This document shows, piece by piece, positions 1 to 9,158 of a DNA stretch of 20,000 nt; positions within the stretch are counted from its first letter, which is position 1, and every line of letters starts with the position of its first letter. The DNA is taken from IMG/VR virus record IMGVR_UViG_3300022928_000007; one strand, 5' to 3'. Position numbers and translations under genes: made by a program. The notes beneath the pieces are model-generated. The model did not search any database. It was not told where the DNA came from and was given only the letters and a program-made list of their open reading frames with translations. The stretch comes from an uncultured virus (IMG/VR IMGVR_UViG_3300022928_000007). Its lineage: Duplodnaviria > Heunggongvirae > Uroviricota > Caudoviricetes.

Positions 1-17
1 TTTATAAGAGTTTTAAC

Positions 18-25
18 TATTTATA
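18..25 (+). promoter_or_regulatory. TATTTATA motif, candidate phage late promoter
   Basis: 19 nt upstream of ATG 45. The same motif precedes genes at 3306, 4497, 9710, 11009, 12753 and 19881. Confidence 0.55.
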
Positions 26-44
26 GATAGTTAAGTTTTAAAAT

Positions 45-1265
45 ATGTCAGTATTCAACGGAATAAAAAAACGTATATTTCCCACTATAGTGGCACTCTC
101 GGCTTTGTCGGTGAGTGCTTCTGCTGCATTTTATTCAGTATCGGGTTTAAGTAAATTATTCGCGGGTGCGACCTTTGAAGTTATTATAATGGCAACTTCT
201 TTAGAAGTGGCTAAATTAGTTATAGCATCTTTACTATATCAATATTGGGGTCAGTTAAATAAGTTACTAAAATTTTATTTAACATTGGCAACCATAATTT
301 TAGTACTGATAACATCAGCAGGAATTTACGGGTTTTTATCTGCAGCTTATCAAGAGACTGCAACTAAATCGGGTATTGTTGATAAACAAGTTGAGGTTTT
401 AGAACTTAAAAAAGAACGATTTGTCGAAAATAGAGAATATCTACTAACTGAAAAGAAAGAAATAGATAATAGTATTTCAAGTTTAAGAGATGGGTTATCT
501 AATAATGTTATTCAATATAAGGATAGAGAAACAGGAGAAATAATTACAACAACATCATCAAGTACTAGAAGAGCATTACAAGGTCAATTAGAAAGTGCAA
601 TATCCCAAAGAGACGGAATCTCCATTAAGTTAGAAGCTACTACCGATTCTATTAATAAATTAGATATTAAAATATTAGATACTGAAAGTTCTGCTGACTT
701 AGCTAGTGAGTTAGGTCCCTTAAAGTATTTAAGTGAATTAACTGACAAACCTATGAATAGTATAATCAATATTCTTCTATTGATTATAATTTTTGTTTTT
801 GACCCATTAGCGATATCTTTAGTCATTGCTGCTAATTTTGCGTTTAACCAATTAAGGGGTAAAGATAAAAAAGAACTGATACAAGAAAGTGATAATGATA
901 TATCAAGAGGTGCTGGTAAAATAGAAAGAGAATTAATAAAAAGTGAACCAAAACCTCTACATGTTTCTGATGAATTATTAGATAAATTAGAAAAACATTT
1001 AAATTTAAATAATGAATCTAATGAAGAAAATCATGTAAAAAAAGGTGAAAATGAAAAAAGTATTTCAGTAACTGATGATTTATTAAAAAAAATTAATAAA
1101 TTATCTGAAGTGATTGATTTGGAAAGTGACGATGAAGAACAATCAGAGAATATAGAAAAAAAAGAAAATACAGAGAAACCTAAAGTCACTCCACAACCTA
1201 ATAAACGAATTCTAAAATATAGAAGGAGAGATGGAGGCCAAAATAGAGATACTGACCGACTTTAA
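45..1265 (+). CDS. Multi-pass membrane protein with long coiled coil and acidic/basic C-terminal tail
   Basis: 406 aa. Three N-terminal hydrophobic helices, heptad-rich region (about aa 105-215), further TM segment IINILLLIIIFVFDPLAISLVIAANFAF, low-complexity E/K/N tail. Confidence 0.75.
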   Translation: MSVFNGIKKRIFPTIVALSALSVSASAAFYSVSGLSKLFAGATFEVIIMATSLEVAKLVIASLLYQYWGQLNKLLKFYLTLATIILVLITSAGIYGFLSAAYQETATKSGIVDKQVEVLELKKERFVENREYLLTEKKEIDNSISSLRDGLSNNVIQYKDRETGEIITTTSSSTRRALQGQLESAISQRDGISIKLEATTDSINKLDIKILDTESSADLASELGPLKYLSELTDKPMNSIINILLLIIIFVFDPLAISLVIAANFAFNQLRGKDKKELIQESDNDISRGAGKIERELIKSEPKPLHVSDELLDKLEKHLNLNNESNEENHVKKGENEKSISVTDDLLKKINKLSEVIDLESDDEEQSENIEKKENTEKPKVTPQPNKRILKYRRRDGGQNRDTDRL

Positions 1266-1830
1266 ATCTGTTGGTAATTACAAAAATAAAAAACAAATAC
1301 TTCTAACTCATACTGCACGTAATATTAAAGATTATATACGTGGTCTTAAGTATAGATTAAATGGTAATTATAAAAAGTTACCTCATTATATTATTTCAAG
1401 AGAGGGAGAAATATATCAAATTATACCACCAGAAACTTACAGTAATTATATTGATATTAAGACATATAATAAGTCGGCAATTATAATATCATTAGAAAAT
1501 TTAGGTTGGTTACGTAAAAACCCACTAAAGGGAGGTTATATTAACTGGATTGGTAATATTTATAAAGATAGGATATATGAAAGAAAATGGAGAGGATATT
1601 TTTTTTGGCAACCATATACTGAGATACAAATGGATTCTTTGTCAAAATTAATAAAAAAACTTTGTGTGGACTTTAATATTCCTGAGACCTTTATAGGTCA
1701 TAATGTTAAAGTGGATAAGATTGAAAAATTTCACGGTATTGCTAGTTATAGTAACTATGATGCTGAAAGGACAGATTTAAATCCATCTTTCAACTTTGAA
1801 GAAATTATAAAAACAGTAGAAAATGAATAA
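1231..1830 (+). CDS. N-acetylmuramoyl-L-alanine amidase (Amidase_2)-fold protein, possibly inactive
   Basis: Motifs QILLTHT, PHYIISREGEIYQ, NKSAIIISLEN, PYTEIQMDSLSKLIKKLC and RTDLNPSF match the Amidase_2 pattern. Confidence 0.75.
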   Translation: MEAKIEILTDFKSVGNYKNKKQILLTHTARNIKDYIRGLKYRLNGNYKKLPHYIISREGEIYQIIPPETYSNYIDIKTYNKSAIIISLENLGWLRKNPLKGGYINWIGNIYKDRIYERKWRGYFFWQPYTEIQMDSLSKLIKKLCVDFNIPETFIGHNVKVDKIEKFHGIASYSNYDAERTDLNPSFNFEEIIKTVENE

Positions 1831-2404
1831 TCAATACGATGAATTAAAAAGCTTATTAGAGGCATCAAGAAATATGTTAGGTAAAAATGACTTGACAGAA
1901 TCTAAAAACACTTTAATAACTAAAGGTTTAATAAAAGAACAAGAAGATGGTCCTATAGATATAGAGGCGGACTCTGAAGAAGAGATTGAGATTGAAACGA
2001 CGCCCGAAGAAGATAAACAAAAATCTTATAGAGTTTCTGGTGGACTAATAACCTTACATGGAAAAACTAAACAAGATTTAGAGTTATCAACGGATGAAAA
2101 AACTTCATATCAAGAGACTATGGATGAGTTTGTAAATGAAGTATCTGATTTATCTGATTTTGGAACTTTAAATGTTTACCCTAATAATGTTGACTGGTCA
2201 GGTAAAGTTATAGACTATGATGTTGAGTTTTACTTTTCAATAGGTGAAACTAACGGAGTATACATAAATGGAGATATGATTAAACTTGATGATGGATTAG
2301 TTGAATTAATAAATAAATTAACTTCTTATTATGATAAGTTTAAGGCTAAATGGGCTAAAGTTTTATCACAAAGAAAGAAAACAAAAAATGTAGATGAAGT
2401 ATAA
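1823..2404 (+). CDS. Hypothetical acidic protein
   Basis: 193-aa ORF overlapping both neighbours. No recognisable family. Confidence 0.7.
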   Translation: MNNQYDELKSLLEASRNMLGKNDLTESKNTLITKGLIKEQEDGPIDIEADSEEEIEIETTPEEDKQKSYRVSGGLITLHGKTKQDLELSTDEKTSYQETMDEFVNEVSDLSDFGTLNVYPNNVDWSGKVIDYDVEFYFSIGETNGVYINGDMIKLDDGLVELINKLTSYYDKFKAKWAKVLSQRKKTKNVDEV

Positions 2405-3294
2405 TGATGACTTCGATTTTAAACATAATAAGTAGTGTCTTTGGATTTATTAAAAAGAACCCTAAATTTTTCTTAGGTGTTCTTTTTGCGTTACTAATAG
2501 TTTTATTATTTAGACAATGTGAAAGTATTAAAACTTTAAAACATGAGATTGAAACTAAAGAGGTTGAATATAAAAATGAACAAAATAGATTCTTTAACAA
2601 TATTCAAAATTTAAAAGACTCGGTTCAGTTCATTGAAGAAGACAATCTATATGTTAAGTCACTTTTGAGAGTTAAAGATGATGAGTTAAAAGTTTTAGAT
2701 AGTAAATTAGAATCTGCTAGAGTAAACATACAACAGTTAGCTAATCAAATTGATGAGAACTCAGAAGTTAAAAACATTTATGTTACTGAAGTAAGTTCAG
2801 AATTGATTACTGACGATGTTATGACTCAATTAAAGAAAGATAGTGTAGGTAATCTTTCGATTGGAATTAAAGATTCTAATCAAATATATAGTTTAGAAAC
2901 GGAGAGTTGGTTTAAACTGGTACCTTTTCAGGATTCATTAAAATTACAATTAATTGATAAATTTGGATTTGGTAAATCGTCATTACTAAAACATAAATTA
3001 AATTTTTCTCTAACTTTATCTCAGATTGAGATGGAAAATGGACTTACTAGAGTATTAGTTCAACCAACAGACAATCAGGGTATACCTATTCCGCCAAGTA
3101 TTCTTGAAATACCATTTATGAATGGTGTTGAATTCATGGATATAAAACCAAACATTATACCAACACCACCAGTTCGTAAAAGTAGAAGAGGTTTTGGAGT
3201 TTTAATTGGCCCATCATATGGTTTATATAGTATTGACGGCTCATTTCAACCAACATGGGGTATAGGAATAAGTGTAGGTTATAAAATTTTCTAA
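2404..3294 (+). CDS. Membrane-anchored coiled-coil protein with C-terminal beta-hairpin (spanin-like candidate)
   Basis: N-terminal TM (FFLGVLFALLIVLLF), coiled coil about aa 40-120, Pro-rich linker, C-terminal GFGVLIGPSYG...WGIGISVGYKIF ending in Phe. Confidence 0.65.
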   Translation: MMTSILNIISSVFGFIKKNPKFFLGVLFALLIVLLFRQCESIKTLKHEIETKEVEYKNEQNRFFNNIQNLKDSVQFIEEDNLYVKSLLRVKDDELKVLDSKLESARVNIQQLANQIDENSEVKNIYVTEVSSELITDDVMTQLKKDSVGNLSIGIKDSNQIYSLETESWFKLVPFQDSLKLQLIDKFGFGKSSLLKHKLNFSLTLSQIEMENGLTRVLVQPTDNQGIPIPPSILEIPFMNGVEFMDIKPNIIPTPPVRKSRRGFGVLIGPSYGLYSIDGSFQPTWGIGISVGYKIF

Positions 3295-3302
3295 TATTTA
3301 TT
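3295..3302 (+). promoter_or_regulatory. TATTTATT motif, candidate late promoter
   Basis: Fills most of the 11-nt gap between stop 3294 and ATG 3306. Confidence 0.4.
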
Positions 3303-3305
3303 AGT

Positions 3306-3554
3306 ATGGCACTGACACAAGCAGATAAAAACGACATTGAGGTAATGATTAGAAAGGAAATTAAGAGTTTTCTTGAATCTACTACTATTAATCAATTTGA
3401 AAAGAAAATAATTGATAAAATACAAGATGAGATACGTAGAGGTAAAATAACTAAAGACGTTAGTGAAATTGTGGCTAAAGTCATGAAAGAATTTTATAAA
3501 ATAATGTGGACTAGAAGAAGTTTTTGGGAGCCAACACTAAAAAATGTTAAGTAA
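3306..3554 (+). CDS. Hypothetical small helical protein
   Basis: 82-aa ORF whose stop overlaps the next ATG (TAATG). Confidence 0.7.
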   Translation: MALTQADKNDIEVMIRKEIKSFLESTTINQFEKKIIDKIQDEIRRGKITKDVSEIVAKVMKEFYKIMWTRRSFWEPTLKNVK

Positions 3555-4459
3555 TGGATAAAGTATCGACACAATTAAAAAAATCATTAGGGAAAGAGAT
3601 GGCTAAATCTATGAGTGATAACTATAGTAGTCATGGTGATAGTGATTCTATTAGTGATTTTATGACCGCAACCGCGAAACTTAAAAAAGAAGTTCAAGAA
3701 GATGGGGAACAGGGATACTCACCTCAAATAGGTAAAACAGACGGATTGACAAGTGATGTATTAACTAAGATACTAACTAAAATAGCTAAAGATTTAGATG
3801 ATGAAATGGAATCAACTAAAGAAGAACCAAATGAAGCCATGGGTGCGGGTTCAGCTGGTGGGTATGTTGGACCATTATTTGGTAAAGTTGAAAAGAAAAA
3901 AATTAAAGAGGAAAAACTAAAAGGGGGGTTAGCTGATGGTATGAGTATTGAATCACTTGCTGACCATCATAATGTTGAAGTTGAAAAGGTAATTGACGCT
4001 TTAGAAATAGGTGTTAATGTAGAGTTAGAACACACTACTGAAATGATGTTAGCATTTGAAATAGCTATGGACCATATCTATGAAGATTTAGATTACTATA
4101 ATAAATTAGAAAAAATAGAATCTAAAGAGGCTACAACATCATCCTCCTCAGGACCATATGATGCTCCATTTGGGGGACCTAAAAGAGACCCATTAAAAAT
4201 AGACACACCTAAAAGTGTTTATTCTAATTTAAGGTCAGTACAGGACAAAAACTTCCCAAAGTATGGAGGTAAAGGTGGTACATATGTTAAAATTAAAGAT
4301 AAGTGTAAAAAATTCCCTTACTGTAATCAAGGTGATATAAATGCTTTAGAATTCTTTGAAAATAACATAGTAAAAGAAGCCATAAAACGAGTATCTCAAA
4401 AATATAACTTAGATAGTTCCTTTATAAAGGGGGTTATTATGGAGAAGTTAAATAAATAA
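3554..4459 (+). CDS. DUF5661-like domain protein, putative virion head protein
   Basis: aa 122-189 carry GVNVELEHT...AFEIAMDHIYEDLDYYNKL, the DUF5661-type pattern. Flanked by two EAxxxxSxGxYxxP motifs. CKKFPYC near the C-terminus. Confidence 0.6.
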   Translation: MDKVSTQLKKSLGKEMAKSMSDNYSSHGDSDSISDFMTATAKLKKEVQEDGEQGYSPQIGKTDGLTSDVLTKILTKIAKDLDDEMESTKEEPNEAMGAGSAGGYVGPLFGKVEKKKIKEEKLKGGLADGMSIESLADHHNVEVEKVIDALEIGVNVELEHTTEMMLAFEIAMDHIYEDLDYYNKLEKIESKEATTSSSSGPYDAPFGGPKRDPLKIDTPKSVYSNLRSVQDKNFPKYGGKGGTYVKIKDKCKKFPYCNQGDINALEFFENNIVKEAIKRVSQKYNLDSSFIKGVIMEKLNK

Positions 4460-4474
4460 TTGATACTTACTATA

Positions 4475-4482
4475 TATTTATA
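4475..4482 (+). promoter_or_regulatory. TATTTATA motif, candidate late promoter
   Basis: Intergenic, 14 nt upstream of ATG 4497. Confidence 0.55.
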
Positions 4483-4496
4483 ATAAAAATACTGAT

Positions 4497-5582
4497 ATGA
4501 AAGATATTGAAAATATGATTGAAAACCTTGTTGAAAGAGTTCTAAGCGAGGAAGTCAATAAAAAAGTTAAAGATATTACTGAATCTGTTTCGGGTGAAAT
4601 CGATGAAATGGAAGAGTATTACGAAGTAGCCAAAAATCGTAAAGAAGATAGAATGGCTAAAAAAGAAGAATCAAAAGAAGGAATGGGTAAAATGCCAGAA
4701 TTAAGAGACAAATTCGATGGAAGAGACTCTAAGGTTGTTGGTGTCTATTCTGATATAGATAAGCAACGTGAGGAAATGGAAGAAGAGGAAGTTGAAGAAG
4801 GAAATAAATTTAGTGGTGCGAGAGCAGAGGCTATTAAAAATGGAGAAAAAGAGTTTACTGTTGATGGTGAAACTTACCCTGTTGAAGATGAAGAAGATGA
4901 GGTTAAAAGTGAATCTAAAAAACAGACTCTTCAATTAACTGAAGATGAAATGATTGAACTTATCCAAAGAATAGTAAAAGAACAAAAAATTGAAGGTATT
5001 TCATCTGAAAAAAAATCAATGAAAACTTCTAAAAAAGATAATGAAGATTACATTAAGTCCGTAACTAAAAAAATGACAGAATATCTTAAAGACGCTGATG
5101 AAGGAAAGTATGAAGCTAACCCTACAGAGTTCCCAAAAGGTAATGGAGATAGAAAAGATGATAAGATGATGTACACTGCCTCTAAAGGGGTTGAAGAGTA
5201 TATAGACCAAATAGCACGTTCAGGGGGTATGGAAAACTTAGACTACGACCAAATCAAACCTGACGAAGAATGGTTAGACCTTAACATACTTGGTTCGTCA
5301 GAAACAGGTAATAATCCTGAATGGGGCAATGCGGTTAAAACAGACACAGGAGAAAAAGTTAAAGATAGAATGGATAAAAACGTTCTTGCTAAACTTAAGA
5401 AACAGTCATATAACAAAGCACCTCAACCTGTTACAGATTTTGCTGGTAAAAAAACACATGATGAAGACATGGCAGGTATTGAAGTAGCTGAATCAAAAAC
5501 TGAAAACAAAAAGAAAGAAAAAGTAAATGAGGAAATTGATAAAATGAAAAAATTAATTTCTCACAATTACAAAACTCAGTAA
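4497..5582 (+). CDS. Highly charged (E/K/M-rich) protein, putative internal head/scaffold-type protein
   Basis: 361 aa, very E/K-rich. Amphipathic segments ending in Glu (IENLVERVLSEE, MIELIQRIVKEQ) and an EEGNKF...EFTVDGETYPV module. Function inferred. Confidence 0.55.
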   Translation: MKDIENMIENLVERVLSEEVNKKVKDITESVSGEIDEMEEYYEVAKNRKEDRMAKKEESKEGMGKMPELRDKFDGRDSKVVGVYSDIDKQREEMEEEEVEEGNKFSGARAEAIKNGEKEFTVDGETYPVEDEEDEVKSESKKQTLQLTEDEMIELIQRIVKEQKIEGISSEKKSMKTSKKDNEDYIKSVTKKMTEYLKDADEGKYEANPTEFPKGNGDRKDDKMMYTASKGVEEYIDQIARSGGMENLDYDQIKPDEEWLDLNILGSSETGNNPEWGNAVKTDTGEKVKDRMDKNVLAKLKKQSYNKAPQPVTDFAGKKTHDEDMAGIEVAESKTENKKKEKVNEEIDKMKKLISHNYKTQ

Positions 5583-5626
5583 ACAATAAAACTTTATATT
5601 TTTTTGGTCCATTCTATATTTTTAAT

Positions 5627-6112
5627 ATGAAAAGATATAGTATGGACCAATTTTTTAACTGGCTATCTAAACCTATGAAAAAGGAGGATGTAGAAATATG
5701 GAATCGCGCCAACAATATTATTCCTGAATATTGTGATTTATTTGAGGACTTTAGTTTTTCCTTATTTTTTTTAGTTAGTACCACTTATTTAGGTTTTAGT
5801 CACGGTGAGAATAATATGACTAAAATTGGTGTAAGTAATGTTGAAAAAGTAAAACACTTTCAATGGTGTTGGAATAAGACTATCAAAAATTTTAATAAAG
5901 AAAATATAGTTTTCGACTTTAATAAAAGTGATTACGACTATTTCGAATCTTTCTATATGGAAGTATTTTATGACCAACGAGATGAAAAGGTGAGGGACAC
6001 TATTGAAACTTTCCTAAAGGAGTTATTCAATAGGAAAAGAGCGGTTACAAAATCTGATATGGAAATGTTTACTGATTTATATAAGACATTAGAACGTTCA
6101 CTTAAAATATAA
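5627..6112 (+). CDS. Hypothetical protein (aromatic-rich, helical)
   Basis: 161-aa ORF preceded by TTTA-N20-TATTTTTA (5593-5624). Confidence 0.7.
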   Translation: MKRYSMDQFFNWLSKPMKKEDVEIWNRANNIIPEYCDLFEDFSFSLFFLVSTTYLGFSHGENNMTKIGVSNVEKVKHFQWCWNKTIKNFNKENIVFDFNKSDYDYFESFYMEVFYDQRDEKVRDTIETFLKELFNRKRAVTKSDMEMFTDLYKTLERSLKI

Positions 6113-6191
6113 TTTTTTCCTTTTCTATTTACTATGAGCAATATAAAATTAACTTTTTACTAAAATAAACTAAAATAAGATTTTTAAAAAA

Positions 6192-6362
6192 ATGGAAACA
6201 TTAGAAACAATTAAAGGACTAGTCGAAGAACTTTCAGTGGACACTACTAAGTTCTATGGTGGTAACAAATCTGCCGGTGTAAGGGCTAGAAAAAGCGCAC
6301 AACAACTAAAAGCACTTTTACAAGATTTAAGAAAAGAAATTTTGGAAGAAAAAAATAAGTAA
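6192..6362 (+). CDS. Histone H1-like (Hc1 family) protein; not in the ORF track
   Basis: Translated by hand, 56 aa: METLETIKGLVEELSVDTTKFYGGNKSAGVRARKSAQQLKALLQDLRKEILEEKNK. KF..GNKSAGVRARK is the Hc1 signature. Confidence 0.85.
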   Translation: METLETIKGLVEELSVDTTKFYGGNKSAGVRARKSAQQLKALLQDLRKEILEEKNK

Positions 6363-6366
6363 GTCT

Positions 6367-6564
6367 ATGTTAGAGAATGTAATGACATATATCACTATTT
6401 TTACTGCGGTATTTTCAACATTATCACTATTAAGATTAGCTATTAACTTTATTAGAGCTCTCCTCTCCAATCCACCTAAAAAGTTTGAGATTGGCGGGAG
6501 AGCAATAATATATTATGGTATTTGTTTATCATATTTAATAACACTATCAATAATATCATTATGA
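6367..6564 (+). CDS. Small two-TM membrane protein
   Basis: 65 aa, two hydrophobic helices separated by SNPPKKFE. Confidence 0.65.
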   Translation: MLENVMTYITIFTAVFSTLSLLRLAINFIRALLSNPPKKFEIGGRAIIYYGICLSYLITLSIISL

Positions 6565-7022
6565 GTACATATTATAACTTTTTAGAAAAAATACATCCGT
6601 ATTTAAAGTCAGTCAGAAAACTAAAGACTCACGTTAGTTATGATTTAATATTTTCAGATAGATGGTCAATACCTAAAAACAAGGCTAAAAATATTGAAAT
6701 AGTTAAGAACGGTGTGGAAGCGGGGTATATACAATTATCTTTTGTTTGTCCGATTAATCGTGATACGGTTGGTGAAGTTGAAAGTTTTATAGACGGTATT
6801 ATTAAATCTAACCAAGAAAGAGAAGAGAAAGAAAAACTATTTAGGTCGAAAGTTCAAGAATTAAAAGGTATTTTTGAAAAACAAAAATTAGAAGATTTAA
6901 AAGGTTTAAAATTTGATGTTGATGAAATAACTAGTTTAATAAATTCAAATGAAGGAGATATCGAATCAGGACATACAGAAGGAGCTGAAGTTACTACAGA
7001 CGGAACGACTAAAGTCGATTAA
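6561..7022 (+). CDS. Hypothetical protein (start revised from 6522 to ATG 6561)
   Basis: ATG 6561 forms an ATGA overlap with the upstream stop. Protein begins MSTYYNFLEK and has a C-terminal coiled coil. Confidence 0.7.
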   Translation: MSTYYNFLEKIHPYLKSVRKLKTHVSYDLIFSDRWSIPKNKAKNIEIVKNGVEAGYIQLSFVCPINRDTVGEVESFIDGIIKSNQEREEKEKLFRSKVQELKGIFEKQKLEDLKGLKFDVDEITSLINSNEGDIESGHTEGAEVTTDGTTKVD

Positions 7023-7158
7023 AGAAATTGAATCCTCCAAAAACTTATTCATTAAGGAAATAAAATCCTTAAAAAAAGATAGTGTGTCTAATACTATTTT
7101 TGTTGAAAAAAAATATACAATATGGGAAAGGATAAGAAAAGTTTTAGGGATGAGTTAG
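6949..7158 (+). CDS. Hypothetical small basic protein
   Basis: 69 aa, ends in amphipathic TIWERIRKVLGMS. Overlaps its neighbours by 74 and 37 nt. Confidence 0.55.
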   Translation: MKEISNQDIQKELKLLQTERLKSIKEIESSKNLFIKEIKSLKKDSVSNTIFVEKKYTIWERIRKVLGMS

Positions 7159-7349
7159 AAAAGTTAGCTAATATTTCTCAGTTAGTCGACAATTCAATTT
7201 TGTCAAAGGGAGATGTTAATATAATAATAGAGTTAGAATCTAAAGAATATTTAAAAATAATCAAAAATTTTGCGGATATTTATAAAAAGTCAGAAGAATT
7301 CGTAATTGAAATCTCTGATACTAAATTTACGTTCGTTTTGAAAAAGTAG
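7122..7349 (+). CDS. Hypothetical protein
   Basis: 75-aa ORF with a protein-like alpha/beta pattern, convergent overlap with the next gene. Confidence 0.6.
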   Translation: MGKDKKSFRDELEKLANISQLVDNSILSKGDVNIIIELESKEYLKIIKNFADIYKKSEEFVIEISDTKFTFVLKK

Positions 7350-7971
7350 TAGTCTGTCTATATAACTTCTTTTTATCAAATCCATTTTTAACTAATAAAT
7401 CATACATCCATTTTCTTTGTGTTGTTGAGACATCCTTAACAAATATTGAATCATTTCTATTGTTATCTCTGAAATACTGTTCCATAGTTTCTAAAAGTCT
7501 ATGAGAATCCTGAATATTTTTTAAACTGAATACTCTAAACACATCATTTATTTGTATTACCAATTTGTTATTTAAAGTCGAAATACTTTTCATTTCTTTT
7601 TTAATACAATATTTTGATATTAATTTATCAAATCCGATTCTTTTATTGGTTTGCCAATCAAATACTTTTTCTTCAACTCGATAAGGTTTTATATCTTTTA
7701 TGATATAGTCTGAATCGTCAGACATAAAAATTTCTTCATTACGCCCAATCTCGTCTTCAACGAATAGTGGTATTTGAAATGAGTCTTGATTACTTAATAA
7801 TGCTAGTTCATATTTAGATTCTTCCGCATTTTCGTATCTTACCTCAAAATAACAATTATTATTTTTAATAAGAGATTTAAATTTATCACGAGCACGTTTC
7901 TCTGACTGATAACCTTTGATTATCTTTTTCTTTTTCTTATTCTTAAATAATACAATTATATAATTCTGCAT
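7327..7971 (-). CDS. Hypothetical protein
   Basis: 214-aa ORF whose start shares CATG (7969-7972) with dnaJ. Confidence 0.7.
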   Translation of the reverse strand: MQNYIIVLFKNKKKKKIIKGYQSEKRARDKFKSLIKNNNCYFEVRYENAEESKYELALLSNQDSFQIPLFVEDEIGRNEEIFMSDDSDYIIKDIKPYRVEEKVFDWQTNKRIGFDKLISKYCIKKEMKSISTLNNKLVIQINDVFRVFSLKNIQDSHRLLETMEQYFRDNNRNDSIFVKDVSTTQRKWMYDLLVKNGFDKKKLYRQTTTFSKRT

Positions 7972-8923
7972 GAAGAACTATTATCAAATTTTAGGTGTTA
8001 ATAAAGACGCTTCTCAATCGGAGATTAAAAAAGCGTATAGAAAATTAAGTAAACAATATCATCCAGATGTCAACCCTCAAGGGGAAGATAAATTCAAAGA
8101 AATTGTTGAAGCTTATGATATTTTAGGTGATGAAGGTAAAAGAAAACAGTATGACAACCCAAATCCTTTTGGTGGTGGTAATCCATTTGATGCATTCAGT
8201 CAAATGTTTAATAGACAACGTAGACCACAAAAACCTAAGGTAAAAGATAGGATAATAAAAGTTACCTTAACTCCTGAACAATCCTTTAAGGGTCTTAATA
8301 AAGAATTAACATATAAATCTAAAGAATCTTGTCAAATGTGTGCCGGAACAGGAGGTAACAAAAATGTATGTACATCATGTTCTGGAAGAGGAGTACACCA
8401 ACAGAAAGTTGGTACGGGATTTTTTACTCAAATAGTTGAGACACAATGTCCAAGTTGCCAAGGTAGAGGTCAAATAGTGATTGACCCATGTATTAATTGT
8501 AATGGAGTAGGTGCAATCGATAAATTTAAAAACATTAGAGTTGATATACCTAAAGGGGTTGACACAGGAGATTTTTTAAGGGTTAATGGAAAAGGTGATT
8601 TTATAAATGGTATACAAGGAGATTTATTAGTACAAATTAATTTGATAAAAAGTAAGTATGAAAAGGTTGGTAATGATTTGGTATTTCAACTGATAATTAG
8701 TCCTATTGACATGATTACTAACCAAACACTAATAGTCTCACACCCTGACGGGGACTTACAAATTAACTTACCAAAGGAGTTAAGTACGGAAAAACCCCTT
8801 AGAATAAAATCTAAAGGGTTTGTAACTAAGAGGGGTATTGGTGATTTTTATATCAAAATTTCAGTAATAAATAAACAGATTACTGAAGATGATAAATCTA
8901 AACTTAAAGAATTATTTAAGTAA
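7970..8923 (+). CDS. dnaJ: DnaJ (class A J-domain co-chaperone)
   Basis: J-domain with HPD, short G/F region, four CxxCxGxG repeats ([32 protein letters not shown]), C-terminal GDL/GDF motifs. Confidence 0.95.
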   Translation: MKNYYQILGVNKDASQSEIKKAYRKLSKQYHPDVNPQGEDKFKEIVEAYDILGDEGKRKQYDNPNPFGGGNPFDAFSQMFNRQRRPQKPKVKDRIIKVTLTPEQSFKGLNKELTYKSKESCQMCAGTGGNKNVCTSCSGRGVHQQKVGTGFFTQIVETQCPSCQGRGQIVIDPCINCNGVGAIDKFKNIRVDIPKGVDTGDFLRVNGKGDFINGIQGDLLVQINLIKSKYEKVGNDLVFQLIISPIDMITNQTLIVSHPDGDLQINLPKELSTEKPLRIKSKGFVTKRGIGDFYIKISVINKQITEDDKSKLKELFK

Positions 8924-9091
8924 CGTTCCAATAAGTTGAATTAATTTTATAGTCCCGTATATTGATGTACCCAACATGTAGAATGAAATTAATACTACAA
9001 ATTTTTGACTAACATTTAAACCCTTATTACAGGTCTTACACTTTTTGTCTTTTTTTATTTCTTCTCCCTTAACTGTATACTCTTTTGACAT
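8912..9091 (-). CDS. Small membrane protein with CxxC; not in the ORF track
   Basis: Translated by hand, 59 aa: [59 protein letters not shown]. Minus-strand TATTTATA at 9148-9155 upstream. Confidence 0.65.
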   Translation of the reverse strand: MSKEYTVKGEEIKKDKKCKTCNKGLNVSQKFVVLISFYMLGTSIYGTIKLIQLIGTLLK

Positions 9092-9158
9092 AATATTATT
9101 TTTAATACGTCTAATTTAAGTAAAAAACATTACTTTGTAAATCAATATATAAATAATA

